Assembly (NCBI GenBank): GCA_047495785.1
Contig: JBLDXI010000025.1
Coordinates: 1,550,001-1,614,000 of the forward strand
DNA from: Lepidodermella squamata
Lineage: Eukaryota > Animalia > Gastrotricha
DNA: 64,000 nucleotides
Direction: 5' to 3'
The notes under the pieces are model-generated. The model did no database searches. It saw only the letters and a list, made by a program, of their open reading frames with translations, and was not told the origin of the DNA. How positions within the stretch are numbered: the first letter of the stretch is position 1; each line of letters opens with the position of its first letter. This document shows, in pieces, positions 48,265 to 60,579 of this stretch. Position numbers and translations under genes: made by a program.

Positions 48265-49341
48265 TCAATTTCTAGGTACACCAAAAAGACGCAAAATATT
48301 AGACATAGAGGGCGGAGCGACATAATTAGACGCCAGGTTCCAATTGGGCGGAGCGACATAATTAGACTCAAGGTTCCAATTGGGCGGAGCGACATAATTA
48401 GATGCCAGGTTCCAATTGGGCGGAGCGACATAATTAGACTCAAGGTTCCAATTGGGCGGAGCGACATAATTAGACGAAGGGACCAAGGAAGGATTTGGCC
48501 AATTGTTCGCCACAGCGGGCCGATTGGCCGTAGGAACCGAATCGACCAAAGAGGGTGAATTGGTCGGAGAAGGCCAATTGTTCGCCACAGCGGGCCGATT
48601 GGCCGTAGGAACCGAATCGACCAAAGAGGGTGAATTGGTCGGAGAAGGCCAGTTGTTCGCCACAGCGGGCCGATTGGCCGTAGGAACCGAATCGACCAAA
48701 GAGGGTGAATTGGTCGGAGAAGGCCAATTGTTCGCCACAGCGGGCCGATTGGCCGTAGGAACCGAATTGACCAAAGAGGGTGAATTGGTCGGAGAAGGCC
48801 AATTGTTCGCCACAGCGGGCCGATTGGCCGTAGGAACCGAATCGACCAAAGAGGGTGAATTGGTCGGAGAAGGCCAATTGTTCGCCACAGCGGGCCGATT
48901 GGCCGTAGGAACCGAATCGACCAAAGAGGGTGAATTGGTCGGAGAAGGCCAATTGTTCGCCACAGCGGGCCGATTGGCCGTAGGAACCGAATCGACCAAA
49001 GAGGGTGAATTGGTCGGAGAAGGCCAATTGTTCGCCACAGCGGGCCGATTGGCCGTAGGAACCGAATCGACCAAAGAGGGTGAATTGGTCGGAGAAGGCC
49101 AATTGTTCGCCACAGCGGGCCGATTGGCCGTAGGAACCGAATCGACCAAAGAGGGTGAATTGGTCGGAGAAGGCCAATTGTTCGCCGCAGCGGGCGAATC
49201 GATCGGAGAAGACGAAAATATAGCCCGAGAAGTTGAATTGGTCGAAGAAGTCCACGTTGCAGATGGCCGTCTGTAAGCCTTTGTGGTGTTGTCTTGAATG
49301 CCTATTAATACAAAGCTACAAATAAGCGTAAAACGTAACAT
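48265..49341 (-). CDS. Mucin-like repeat protein, 358 aa (or terminal exon 49301-48265 of the multi-TIR gene)
   Basis: 9 x 25-aa NNWPSPTNSPSLVDSVPTANRPAVA, then 4.5 x 12-aa SNYVAPPNWNL(E/A). AATAAA lies just after the stop (48261-48256). Confidence 0.7.
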   Translation of the reverse strand: MLRFTLICSFVLIGIQDNTTKAYRRPSATWTSSTNSTSRAIFSSSPIDSPAAANNWPSPTNSPSLVDSVPTANRPAVANNWPSPTNSPSLVDSVPTANRPAVANNWPSPTNSPSLVDSVPTANRPAVANNWPSPTNSPSLVDSVPTANRPAVANNWPSPTNSPSLVDSVPTANRPAVANNWPSPTNSPSLVNSVPTANRPAVANNWPSPTNSPSLVDSVPTANRPAVANNWPSPTNSPSLVDSVPTANRPAVANNWPSPTNSPSLVDSVPTANRPAVANNWPNPSLVPSSNYVAPPNWNLESNYVAPPNWNLASNYVAPPNWNLESNYVAPPNWNLASNYVAPPSMSNILRLFGVPRN

Positions 49342-49558
49342 AATTCAGTGGCTTCAAGAAAACAGTAGCCAGCGAGAGATGATGCTTCGAGGGTGTGGTT
49401 AGGTGAACAAGGTGAACACGCAGAGCCATTCCTCGTTGCTCTTAACAGCTGGTGAAGGGATATTCACCTGGCATTGAACCGAAATCAAATTTACTAATGC
49501 TTTAGTCGAGGTAATGAGAACCGATGCTCTCTAACGACAGCTATATTCTATTACCGAG

Positions 49559-49934
49559 GAATGCCGCGAAGCTGTGAACAATCATTGTTACGCTACCAAT
49601 GCTGGGAAATCAAAGTTAGTTAAAAATTAGCGGAGGCCTTGTTCTGGTTATGCTTGAGATGAAATATTAAATGCAATTTGTGATTTTATTTTTATGTTTA
49701 ATGTTTATACTGCTATGCTGTACTTAACGATTCTTGTTGCGATTTTTGTCGTTTAGTTTGACATCAGAACATAATTAATTGAGTGTCTGATCTATAACTT
49801 TGTTTTCCCTACTACACCTTCCTGTCATATAATCTGAACTTGTCCTGCAACTATATGTTGTTTTCCTTAACATTGTCAAGCTGCCCTCTATTGGGCGTAT
49901 GAGCTTTCAAATAATAAATAAATAAATAAATTAT
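49559..49934 (+). mobile_element. L2-like LINE 3' UTR fragment with (AATA)n tail (right-arm copy)
   Basis: Inverted copy of 37575-37950. 49560-49690 matches 35216-35340. Confidence 0.65.
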
Positions 49935-50642
49935 TATTTGGGCCAAAGCCTGAAACGTGCTCTGTCGGGTGGCCGGTCAAAAATAGCACTGGTCCCATTG
50001 TTTTCCACCAACACATCAGCTCGTTTTGACAGTGGGCTGCGTGTGTATTTAAGGGAGATATGCTCAAAATCGTTCCACTTTCAGTAAAAGTTGCACACGG
50101 GCTCGAGCGCGGCGCAGTTAATAACTGGCTACGGGCAGGACCGAAGTCTGACTTTGCCCTAACATTATTATATGCAAACATTTTCCGCTATGTCGGGATG
50201 GCGATTTCTCGGTGTAAGATCTTCTTTTCGGAGTAATTTCAGGCTTCTTGCTATTCTCAGCACAAATTTTATAGCACACAATCAAAAGTTAAAATTTCTG
50301 AAATGTTGGGTTTTTATATTAATTTGAGCGCCCACTTTCAACAGCCGGGGAAACATTTATTAGGCCATGCTATTTTCGGTATACTTTTTCATCAATTTTA
50401 TTCAGAAAAATTGAGTAACAATATTGCATGTAGCGGGATTTTTCTGTATGTTACTGTATGTTGCAGCAACATACAATGGGCGGATGAGTTTTAATACTGA
50501 ATTCTTTTGAAACAATGGATTGCCCTAATAAATCTGGCGCTAGAAGTTTGATGTTTTTTGAGATGTTTGGAAAAAGGAACTACCCTTCCTGGCTACGCCC
50601 CTGACAGGACCAAAGTCTGACTTTGCCCTAACATTATGTTAT

Positions 50643-53601
50643 TCACAAATTTTCCGCTATGACGGGAAATCCGAACTGACAGGAAATTTTCCCGTCATAG
50701 TGGAAAGCTGTTTCTCGGAAATATAAGTCATTACCAATAACACCAAAAAGAACGCCAACAATAACGGCAGCAATGACAATTATTACGACAGGCGTAACTA
50801 TCGCAGCGACGTTGCGCTTCCGCTTTCTCTTCTCTTCGGCTTGATTTTCGGGAGAATTATCAATCTGAATTGCGCTGTCACGCGGTTGTACCATCAACAA
50901 TGTAGGAGTGAGTGCTTCTGCACGCACAACCTTCGCGACATTTTCATATGCTGGAGGGGGTGGCAAGTCTTGAAGGCGGATGGTAGCTTTGGCTTTCTCA
51001 ATAATTTTCGCTAGAAGGGCAGCACAGTCTTCGTCGAATCGACTGCGCTTCTCGTCGAATTCACAGTCAAACTGAGAAATCGACGGCGTGTTGTTTAATC
51101 TTGCAAGTGCCGGAAGGAGATCGCCTGTCGAGCTTCTGTCCAACTTGCAAAGAAGCGACATTTTACGCTGGTCAGTTGTCATCTTCCACTCGGCCTTGCA
51201 ATCGTCATCTTGAATGTATGCCTTGCTGACAAAGACGACAATCACCCTCGACCAGGTAATCGATCTCTCCTGGTCTTCCAGCGAAAACTCATCATCATCA
51301 TCGTCGAAAACGTCACATTCAACATTTACCCCATTAGTCAGTAAATATTGAGTAACATCTGCCACCAGATTGAACTGATACGTGTGGTAGCTTATAAAAA
51401 TGTCATGGAACATTTTATTCCTCTCAGCAGCCGGAAGAAGCGATGTTACAGCCGTGCCTCGTTTACCCTTTGGCCTTTTCAACGGCTTCCGAGTTGGAGC
51501 TTCGCCTTGAATTTCACGAACCTCCGAAATCAACTTTGCATCAGCTTTCCGCGACGGATTCCGCATGGTTTTGCTGAATTTGATTTCAAATGCGTGTTTG
51601 TCGATGAAATCAAGATGGATGTATTTAGTGACGTCGAATCGCTCGAGGCAGCACTTGATAAACGGCTTTTTGAGAACTCCGGTGACTTTTATTTCATCCA
51701 TGCATCGAGCGCTGCGCGCTAAATCTTCAGTTAGACATACCAGGACAATTTCGGATTGCCTAATTTTCTTCAAAGATTTGGGCATTAAATTTTGCTTTCC
51801 AGCGAAGCTGACAAGTTATACCTCTCTGATTTCCAAGAATTTATTTCCACCAATCGTCTCTTCTTGCTCGAAATCGCAAAAGACTTTCTTTTTCTGGCTC
51901 TTCAAAAAGCTGTAGATATGCTTAGCAGCGTTAATCTGATATCGGCTGTAAGATATATAGATGTCATAGATCGGTTTGGGCAGTGGAGCCTCTGAAAATC
52001 CAAATTTTAGAGCTGCAGAACAGTTTCAGGGTTCAATTTTACCTGTTTCGCCCAACAATTGAGCTAGTTTCTCGTGCAGAGGCGCTCTGTGCCAACCCAA
52101 GTAGCAATCGACGTAGAGCTTGTTACTGGACATGAAGTCCAACTCCTTTTCGCTGGAAATGTCAAAGCCCTCCTCGGCTATGCATATCATGAATTCTTTC
52201 TGTCGTTTTTTCGTATACCTTGCCTCGTCCATGCAATTCTGACTTTTCGCGTAAGCGCTGCTCACGCACAGAAGAACGATTGCAGAATTCACTATACCGT
52301 CAGCCATCGATTGGTAGAGCGTTTTCCCCGTGGTGATGTTGTCTTTATCGAACCATACGGTTAGTCCTTTTTCATTTCGCAAAAAATCAACTAATTTCTT
52401 GACGCTCTCCTGCTGCGCCCAGTTGTAACTGATGAAAACGTCGTATTGGTAATGTTTCTCAGCCACGGGCTGCATGTTCTGATCACCGTTTTCTTGAAGT
52501 CTCGCGTTTGGGTTTAGAACTTTCCTGATAGCTTCTACCAGCGTAGTGCCAGCTTGGTCCGCGACGGACTTTTCAATACGAGACGCATCGAAGTCGACAA
52601 TCTCTTTGTATTCCGTAATGTAGAATCCATCAGAGTGGTCACCGGTGTTGAACTCGGACATCATGCATGTTATGAACGGTTTCCCAATGAATCGTACGCG
52701 CAGCAGTTGATCCATGCAATCCTCGTCAGTCAAATACTGCTTGCTGCCGCAGACAATAGCAATTTTGGACCTATTTATGATCTGCAATTCAAAAAGCTGC
52801 AAGCCTTGTCTCGTTTTAAAAGAATTGACTTACGTCGCCGTAGGTTTCGTAACTAACGCGGCTGTCAGCTTCAAAATCTACCCAGTATTTGATGTTTTTC
52901 GACCGGAGCTGGTGACAAATTGTTCTCAAGTCTTTTTCTTGTGCCTTGGAATAGCTGACAAAGACTTCGTAATCCGTGGTGATATCACCCTCGCCGCCAT
53001 TTATTGGCACGATGCTAGTCCGTCGATTACTTTGCTTGGCTACTGTGGTGTTATTCGTATTCATCCGCTCCGAATTTCGCGCACGTGGCAACAGATCAGA
53101 CAGAATAGCCAGCACTTGTTTACCATCATTTCGCGGTTCGATGAAGTTGACTTGATATTCGTGGTCTGGGTTGATTTTCAACGCCAAGTAATGCCCAATG
53201 GCTAAATCGTCCTCGATTTTGCACACGACACAGTACTTATTCCGCATCAATGCGTAGAACGCTTCCTTTTGATGATAAGCACTGGTAGCGTAATCTTTGC
53301 TAACACAAATTATTACGACTGCTGACTGGCGAATAGCCTATAACTTAGCTGTCAATAGTTGAGGAGAACTAATTGAGACGTTTACCTCGCGCGTATCTGC
53401 CGTAAGCGCTGCAGCTGCATCCAGTTCGTCATTACCTTCAAAATAAGTCGACCTCTTCGCTTTTCGAATAATCGCCGATAGATCTTCTGCGTGAAATTTC
53501 TGGGAACTATGAGAGCTGATAAATGTGTCGTAGCGGAAATTAGCAGCTGATTTTCCAACCGAGGAGGCTGGTGCAACAGACGAGCGTCTTCTATTTGACA
53601 T
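50643..53601 (-). CDS. Protein with five tandem TIR (TIR_2-type) domains and one C-terminal TM helix, about 917 aa or longer
   Basis: Exons 53601-53386, 53337-52834, 52781-52043, 51991-51822, 51767-50643 (or -50735), with 48-54 nt GT-AG introns in compatible phases. Five box-1 motifs: YDTFISS, YEVFVSY, YDVFISY, YDIYISY, HDIFISY. Each is followed by an S-x-(hydrophobic)-(V/G/L)(S/T)xx(Y/L) strand and an alphaC motif. Then PPPAY, KRKRKR and TM VAAIVTPVVIIVIAAVIVGVLFGVI. Confidence 0.85.
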
Positions 53602-54399
53602 TCTTGCGGCTTTCAAATAAAATATAGGCAATAGTACTTGGGCTGACGAATCCATTGGTATACCCCCATCTTGCGCTAAAAATATACTTTAGCTGTGAAA
53701 GGGCTATTTTTGTATCGGGACGCGGCGGCGGTCAACGGTTTCTTTGATATGAGTTCATGTCGTTCAGTCAGTTTTTTCATGGACTATGAAGAGAAAACGG
53801 CGCTTTTCAGTTAATTGTGGTTATATCGTGACCGATGTGCCTTTTGTATTTTTAAGTTATATTATTAAGTTATTAAGTTATATGTTATATGTAGCTCTCG
53901 CCGCGACGCCAAAATTGCCGAAATTCCTGCTGCAAACACAAGAAAGCAGAGAATCGAAAAGTGTGCTCTGCTGCGTGGTACGATATTAAAAAAAGAAAAA
54001 TTCCCGAAGATGTGTAATAATGTGCGATTTACTATTACCATCATTTGGGGCTATCGCAGGATACGGGGCTATTCGGAATACGGGCGCCATTCGAATCAGA
54101 ACCCTTGGAAACGTGTAAAAAGCAAAAAAAACTCCAGGGGGTCATTTTTGACGCCAATCGAGTAACCCCAAATGACGGTATTTATTTTTTCTGGTTTTAT
54201 TTATTATTCTTAATTTTCAAATTTTTCAAATTTTTAGCTATTGATGACCTAGCTAATTACTAATTAAAACGTTGGTTAGTTTTTAGATTGAGAGACCGAA
54301 AACAAAGCCAGGTCTCCGTTGCATAAGCCTTCGAATAGAAGCCTAGTCTTGATTCTCGTCTAAATGTTGTGTTTTACGTTTAAACTGTAAATTCGATTT

Positions 54400-55117
54400 T
54401 AACTATCGTATCGGTACGCAAGAGATTGACGTTGTTGATTTTACTCGTGATTTAGGTATAATTGTGGACAAAAAATTAGACTTCAGAATTCACTGCGATA
54501 ACCTTAAAACAAAATGTCTTAGACTATGTGGATTGATTTGTAGAGCCTTTACTAATACTTCCTTCAGACTTGAAGCCTACCGTGTGTATGTCCTTCCTAT
54601 AATCGATTACTGTTCATCCGTATATTCGCCATACTTGCTAACTGTCATAGAATCACTAGAAAAATTACAATTTAATTTTCTCAAAAGAGCCTTTAATATA
54701 CCTTGCTACTCCCATATTACGTATGACTGTTTATTGAAACGTAGTGGAATGGACTCCTTGGAAAAGCGTCGCTTTAAAAATGATTTGAAATCAACTTATA
54801 AGCTATATCACCACTTCTATGATGTCACTTTTGACGACTTCTATGAATTTTCTAAATCAAATTACGCTAGCAAACACCGGCTAAGACCTTCTAAGTGTAA
54901 ACGCGATTGCAAAAAATATTTTTTAACAGAAGAACAATTAATTATTGGAACAAACTACCTGCTGACGTCGTTTCTGCCTCTTTAAATGTTTTTAAACAAT
55001 ATCTTAATGTTGACTGTAACCTAGAGAAATATCTTTTATCCTCTCAGTGAGGCGCCTGGCTGGCTAATTGCATACGCATGACAAGTGCACTTGCGATAAC
55101 GAATAAATAAATAAATA
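54400..55117 (+). mobile_element. 5'-truncated CR1-like LINE (RT C-terminus, 3' UTR, (AATA)n tail)
   Basis: RDLGIIVDKKLDFRIH...YRVYVLPIIDYCSSVYSPY...LEKLQ...SLEKRRFKNDL. Ends in AATAAATAAATAAATA at about 55102-55117. Confidence 0.9.
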
Positions 55118-55341
55118 GATTAGTGGCACACTTTCCCCCATTTTTCGAGGTATCATTTTTGTATAAGCCCGGGTTAGTATTTCGGTAACTACGGTATTTG
55201 AGATCACCCGTCGCCCGTAGCGAAAGCCATTCGTCTGGCTAGCGAAGGATTTGATTACTAATGAATTTGTTTATGAACTTTCGCTTAAACACTAGCCTCC
55301 CTGATTAATAGCAATATGTAGCATGCTCGGATTGCAAATGA

Positions 55342-55970
55342 TTGGCCCCGAGCGGAAATTTGATGGGATTTTGGCCTTTCCATGGGCAGAGCGGTGTCAA
55401 TGATGTCGCTAGAGGTTTGCAGGGCAGCTATTTCAGGGGCGCTAAATTAGCAACAGATATGGCTGGCCCGTTCGGAAAAGTGAATACGTCGCATACAGTA
55501 CGCGAGGAAAGCTATATACATAGTGATCTATGGCTATATAACAGGCTACTGGCCATTCGCATTCCCACCAGTCTTTCTTTCTTTATCAAATGCCCGCTCG
55601 ATAGACAGGGGGCCATTCTCCCCTTTATGAGTAAGCGAATGTATGAAACGCGAATCGCTCTGAGCTACAACTCGCCAAACCAACTCGAATTTTGGGTCAC
55701 TAACATCGGCCACAAGGTCCTCATTGGCAGTTTTCCAGTTCTTGAGCAAAACGAATGGAGCTTAGTTGCCAACGCCACCTATAATTTAAACCATTTCTTA
55801 CTGTATAGAACCAGTATGGCGATGAGTTCGGATCGGTTTACTACGCAAACTTCAAAGAAGATGATGGCACGAGGTAGCGATTGGCAGTACATATGAAGCC
55901 GTTTACATTATGCCACCAGGCGCCATGGCATGTCTCATGATTTACCAAAGCACGTTGAGCCCAGAACCCA
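55342..55970 (+). pseudogene. LamG/concanavalin-like lectin-domain gene, frameshifted
   Basis: LMGFWPF...ND...GPFG...SLSFFIK...NEWSLVA..TYN, then after a frame change near 55870 VAIGS...GAMACLMIYQSTLSPE. This matches the Laminin_G_3 pattern. No clear intron at the shift. Confidence 0.55.
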
Positions 55971-56130
55971 GAAGAAGTCAGCCAACTTCACGATGCTCGC
56001 GCAAGAAGAAATGGAATGGCCTAACATCACTCATTTATTTCACTTCATTACAACAACAGCTTGCGAATATGATAGCAAAAGTCCTAAAGATTAAAACGCA
56101 GAGGTTTCCGCGCGGCATTTTCACTGCAGC

Positions 56131-58138
56131 TCAGATTTTATAATATAGGCCATCGACGGTAGCATTGCCTTTATTGAGACTTTTAGCCAGAGGTAAGCAA
56201 GTGAACATGATTGCGGGCGTCATGAAAGTAGCAGCTGCATATAACCACATATTGACGCGTTCCAAGACCTCCGCAACATAGACCCATTTCTCCCGCGGTG
56301 ACAGTTCATCGCCAATTGCTTCCACTGCAGCATTCACCTGATTAGCTTGGGTTGCAAGAGGGCTGTGAGCAAACGCAGAGGGGTAATTGCTTGGTAATTG
56401 AGGGGTACTGCATCGCGTTACGACGGATCGGTCTAGGTTTTTAGAGGTGCCGAGTATGGCTTGGATGAAGTCTTTCAGGCTGCTTCTACGCCGGGAATAC
56501 TGATACTTTTGTGGGCCGCTGGACCTTCTCGGGTTTTGCTGGTACCTTCTCTGGCGGCTAAAGTCGAAAAACAAAACTGTTCCAATAGATCGAGCAAAGC
56601 AGAATAGAGCATAAGGAGGTGCATTCTGTTTAAATCACCAGTTTAAAAATTCCAAAATTGATGCAAAGCGTACCTTGTTCAAATTGGCTTGTCTCAAGAA
56701 ATAGAACACAACGCCCTCTCCAAGCAGAGCAATGACGCCAATATAAGCGATTTGAAGGTCGATGAATAGAGATAGAAGAGGGATTTTATGGGAGGATTTC
56801 GGAATTTCGGACAAAATCAAGTTTTGGAAGAAGGAATAGGCAAGTAGACACGTGAATGACATGTGGACTTTACTGACTTCTTGGATCTGTTGAGCAATTC
56901 TTCAAACATCGAGATGCGAGAAAATGAAGAGATTACCGGTAATACGAAAACTACGAGTTCAACGGCAGCGATGACAATACTTGGCAGGATAATATTCACG
57001 TGATAAAATAGAGTTTTTCGGCGCAAAAGCAGGTAGAAAGTAGCCTAGTGTACATAAATGTTAATCTCATGCAGTTCTTCGGTGAAAGCGCTTACACGGT
57101 CAAACATGAGAGGGCTTGCGGGATCATGATTGAAGCTTCCGACCTCGACATGGCGGTCTATTATAGACCAAAGCTCATTATCGACCCAGAGGCTCCCAAC
57201 AATTTCGAGGGGATCTGAAAATATTTTGAATGTCTGCATCGTCGAGGGATAGTTCCAGCTTGCTATCCGAATTTGGCATATCTGCATTATTCCATCCTAA
57301 ATGCATATAACAAGTGTTCAAAACATAATTCGCAAACCTGGCTATCGAATGGAAACAAGCTCAGATCCATATGACAGTCGCCCAAGATATCTCCAATTTG
57401 GTATATTTCGACAGTTCCCAGACGTTTTAGAGTCGCTCTCTTTGTTCTCATGACTGAGCTGGTCCTTTTTGTATAGTAAAAAGCAGTAAATAACTACTAT
57501 ATTCAAAAGAAATCATAATTTACTCCGTATTTCCAACCCCTGTGAGCCAAATGACATCGGGAATCCACATTTCTTTAGCATCAACAATGAGCTGATCGAT
57601 GCATTGATACGGAAATTTCCGAGCCCATCTCAAATACTCGGTTTTCCAAGTCTGAAAATCATTCAAAAAAGTCTGAAATTAAACTGAGCTTTAGGATACA
57701 TATGTTGTCAAAGCTTTACGAGTGTTAGAAATCCATGAAGCTTTATTGTACTTTCGCGTTCGTTCTGGTATTATATAGCAAAGCATGTAGACAAGTTGCG
57801 ACAAAAGAACTGTATTACTTACAAATTCACGAATGCCGTGAAGCTTCATTCGAAGATGAACATTGACTGGGGATGATGCGTTTCTTGTCGGGCGCATTCC
57901 TCTGTTTTTATAATCTTGAAACACGAAGGCGTGCGTTTCATCTTCTGTCACATCTGTAATTGTACATTTGATCTCATATAGAGGGCTAAGAAATAGTTAT
58001 TTGCATACTTTCCCCAGCACAAAATTGATCTAAATAGGCGTAGTTTCCAATCGGATTTCGAAAGGTTACATTTCTGAACTGGAACGAGTGGATGGGAACG
58101 GTTAAAATCGCAAGGCCAGCGTAGCAGAGGAGATACAT
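56131..58138 (-). CDS. Divergent Cys-loop ligand-gated ion channel subunit (nAChR-like, non-alpha), copy A
   Basis: Signal peptide MYLLCYAGLAILTVPIHS, MRP, MWIPDV, Cys loop CHMDLSLFPFDSQIC, ASWNY, RRKTLFY-M1, M2-M3, M4 WVYVAEVLERVNMWLY. Multiple micro-introns. Confidence 0.88.
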
Positions 58139-58613
58139 GTTACTGTAATATTTTTACGCAGATATTAATGCCCTAAATTTGCGAGATAATATTATAGGTA
58201 ACAAAAATATACATGAGGTTTTCATTGCCCTAATAACGAAGCGCCCAAACTATGATTTGAGCGATTGGTACTATTCAAGCCTGAGTTGAGCGCTATAATG
58301 ACCATAAAACGAGTTACGAATTGCGAATTTATTCTTCCTAGCTACATTCGAATCGCTTGCGGCGCGGCATTTGGACGAAAACTGATGAGTTGCGCAATCA
58401 TAGAACAAAAAAGCTCGGTTTTACGTCAAATTGCCCCTTTATGCCGTGACGCTAGCGGAAAACAAGAAAACAGAGGAATACCTAAAGATGAAGCACTAGC
58501 GGAGAGATTAAACCAACATGAAATTCTAAAAAAGGTAACACACGAGAGACCTTTGCACCACGAAACTTTTGCAACATCAGACGAATATTTCACATCTTAT
58601 CCTTTATCTATGT

Positions 58614-60579
58614 TCAAATTGTTGACGTTCCCATCTTCGTCAGATTTTTTTGGTTCGGCGAGTAGGTGAAGATAACAACAGGTGTTATAATGGTCATTGC
58701 AGCGTACAGTATCATGTTGATCCTCTCAAGAGTTTCCGCCATCAGGACCCACATATCGCGAGGACACAACACTGTTTCGCTTGAAACACTGTTGCGATCT
58801 GCACAGACTCCTACCGGCTTGTCTCCTTGAAATTCGGCAGTTACACTGGAAACCTGCTGCGATGACATCTTTTGATCGAATTGTTGAGAGATATCCAAAG
58901 TATCCGGCCTATTTTCAACTGGACGTTCCAAATTGCCCATCAATCGATGTAAAGCCGCTGCAAAGCTGCCACGTCGAGATGATGCAATCATCTTCTGCAT
59001 CTTCAATTGCTCCATTTCCGCGTTGGCTGACAGTACTTTTTGATGAAATCGTCGTGTGGATGAGTCGCAGTTAAGGAACAGCAGCGTCCCTACGTTTTGG
59101 CAAAAGGCGAAGAGCCATTCAGGAGGAGCATTCTAAAACTGGCAACTTAATTCGATCAAGTTTGAGTTTTTTCGACATCTCACCTTATTTAGATTACTCT
59201 GGCGGAGTAAAAAGAAGACCATACCTTCTCCTAACAAAGCTATGCTTCCAATGTAGCACATTTGCAAGTCTATAAACAGCGATAGTAAGGGAATGCTATC
59301 GGATGACTTCGGAATTTCTTCAAGGATAATGTCCTGATTAAGAAAAAGCTTATTCAGTTCATGGTGGGAAATATGAGAAATATTACTTGAAAAAACGTGT
59401 AGGCAAGAAGACACGTCAGAGACATGTGGACCTTGCTCACTTCGTGAATCTGCGAAAATGCAGACTTAAAGGTGAAGTGGTCAGAAAATCGCAAATAACT
59501 CACCGGCAGTATAAAAACGACAAGTTCGACTAAGGATATAATGATGCTGGGGAATACAATATTAACTTCGTAAAAGCGAGGCTTTCTGGCCAGGAGCAGC
59601 GAGAATACTGCCTGAATTAAAAAAAGATATGATTTGCTGTTTTTGATTGCCATCTTACCCTATGATACGTTTCTTTTGTTTCCGGGTCAATGTAGGACAC
59701 GATTTCGGACTTGTTCTCAATATTTTCCCAAATTTCGTTTTGCTTGAAATAATGAGGCACAAATTCGAAGGAATAGTTCAGTAGAGTTAATTGAAGCCGT
59801 TCAACTTGATGATAGATGCTTCCGAGCATGACTCGGCAAATCTGCAGTGAAAGTATCAAACAAGCCTGGAAATAGATGTGCAAACCTGTCTGTCGTAAGG
59901 AAATAGCGTAAGATCAATTTCGCATCGACCGGAAATTATGCCAGTCGGATACATTTCATGCATTCCAGTCGCCTTGATTGATACTTTCATCGGAGACACT
60001 TCCGCAAGCCGCTCTGACATATCTTCTTGCTCCTCTTTCGAGGAATCTCTAGATGAAATATCAATTATTTTCAATCAATTTGCACGAATTGGCCCACATA
60101 ATTTGATGACCGCCGGTAAGCCATGTTAAGTCCGGCAGCCAAACCTTTCTAGAATCAACCAGGAGCGTGCTGGTGCAGTTGATAGCCGGATTATCTTTCC
60201 AGCTGATAAATGCACTCTTCCACAGCTAAGGATTGGATATTTTAGTTAACCTGTGAGAAGAATTAACTACGAAACTTACAACAACTAGATAGCCGTGAAT
60301 TAAAATTGTCCTTTCGTGCTCATTCTGTAAAGAAATGTGTTATCATGGTGGATTCAATGTTAATATCTATCATACCACTCGTCTAAGACTGAACATTCGA
60401 AGCCGTAGTCCAACTTCAACTGGCATTCTAGAGTTATTTCGTGGCCTCATTAGCTTCCATTCTGATTCATTTTGAAAAACGTAGCTGTAAACATCATCTT
60501 CCGTTACATCACAATCGCCGAGCGATGGGGTGGATGCCATCAAGACGGGGACCAAAACGAGAATAATTTGATGGAGCAT
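58614..60579 (-). CDS. Divergent Cys-loop channel subunit, copy B
   Basis: Signal peptide MLHQIILVLVPVLMAS, WLPDL, Cys loop CEIDLTLFPYDRQIC, ARKPRFY-M1, M4 WVLMAETLERINMILY. Confidence 0.88.

Larger units (their letters stand above)
36207..51302. repeat. Large inverted duplication (palindrome): left arm 36207-47673, right arm 48095-51302, MITE spacer
   Basis: Equivalent positions in the unique part sum to 87509 (36866/50643, 37328/50181, 38168/49341), so there are no net indels between these anchors over about 2.2 kb; I saw only a handful of substitutions. The inner segments 47627-47673 and 48095-48141 are also inverted copies. Confidence 0.93.
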
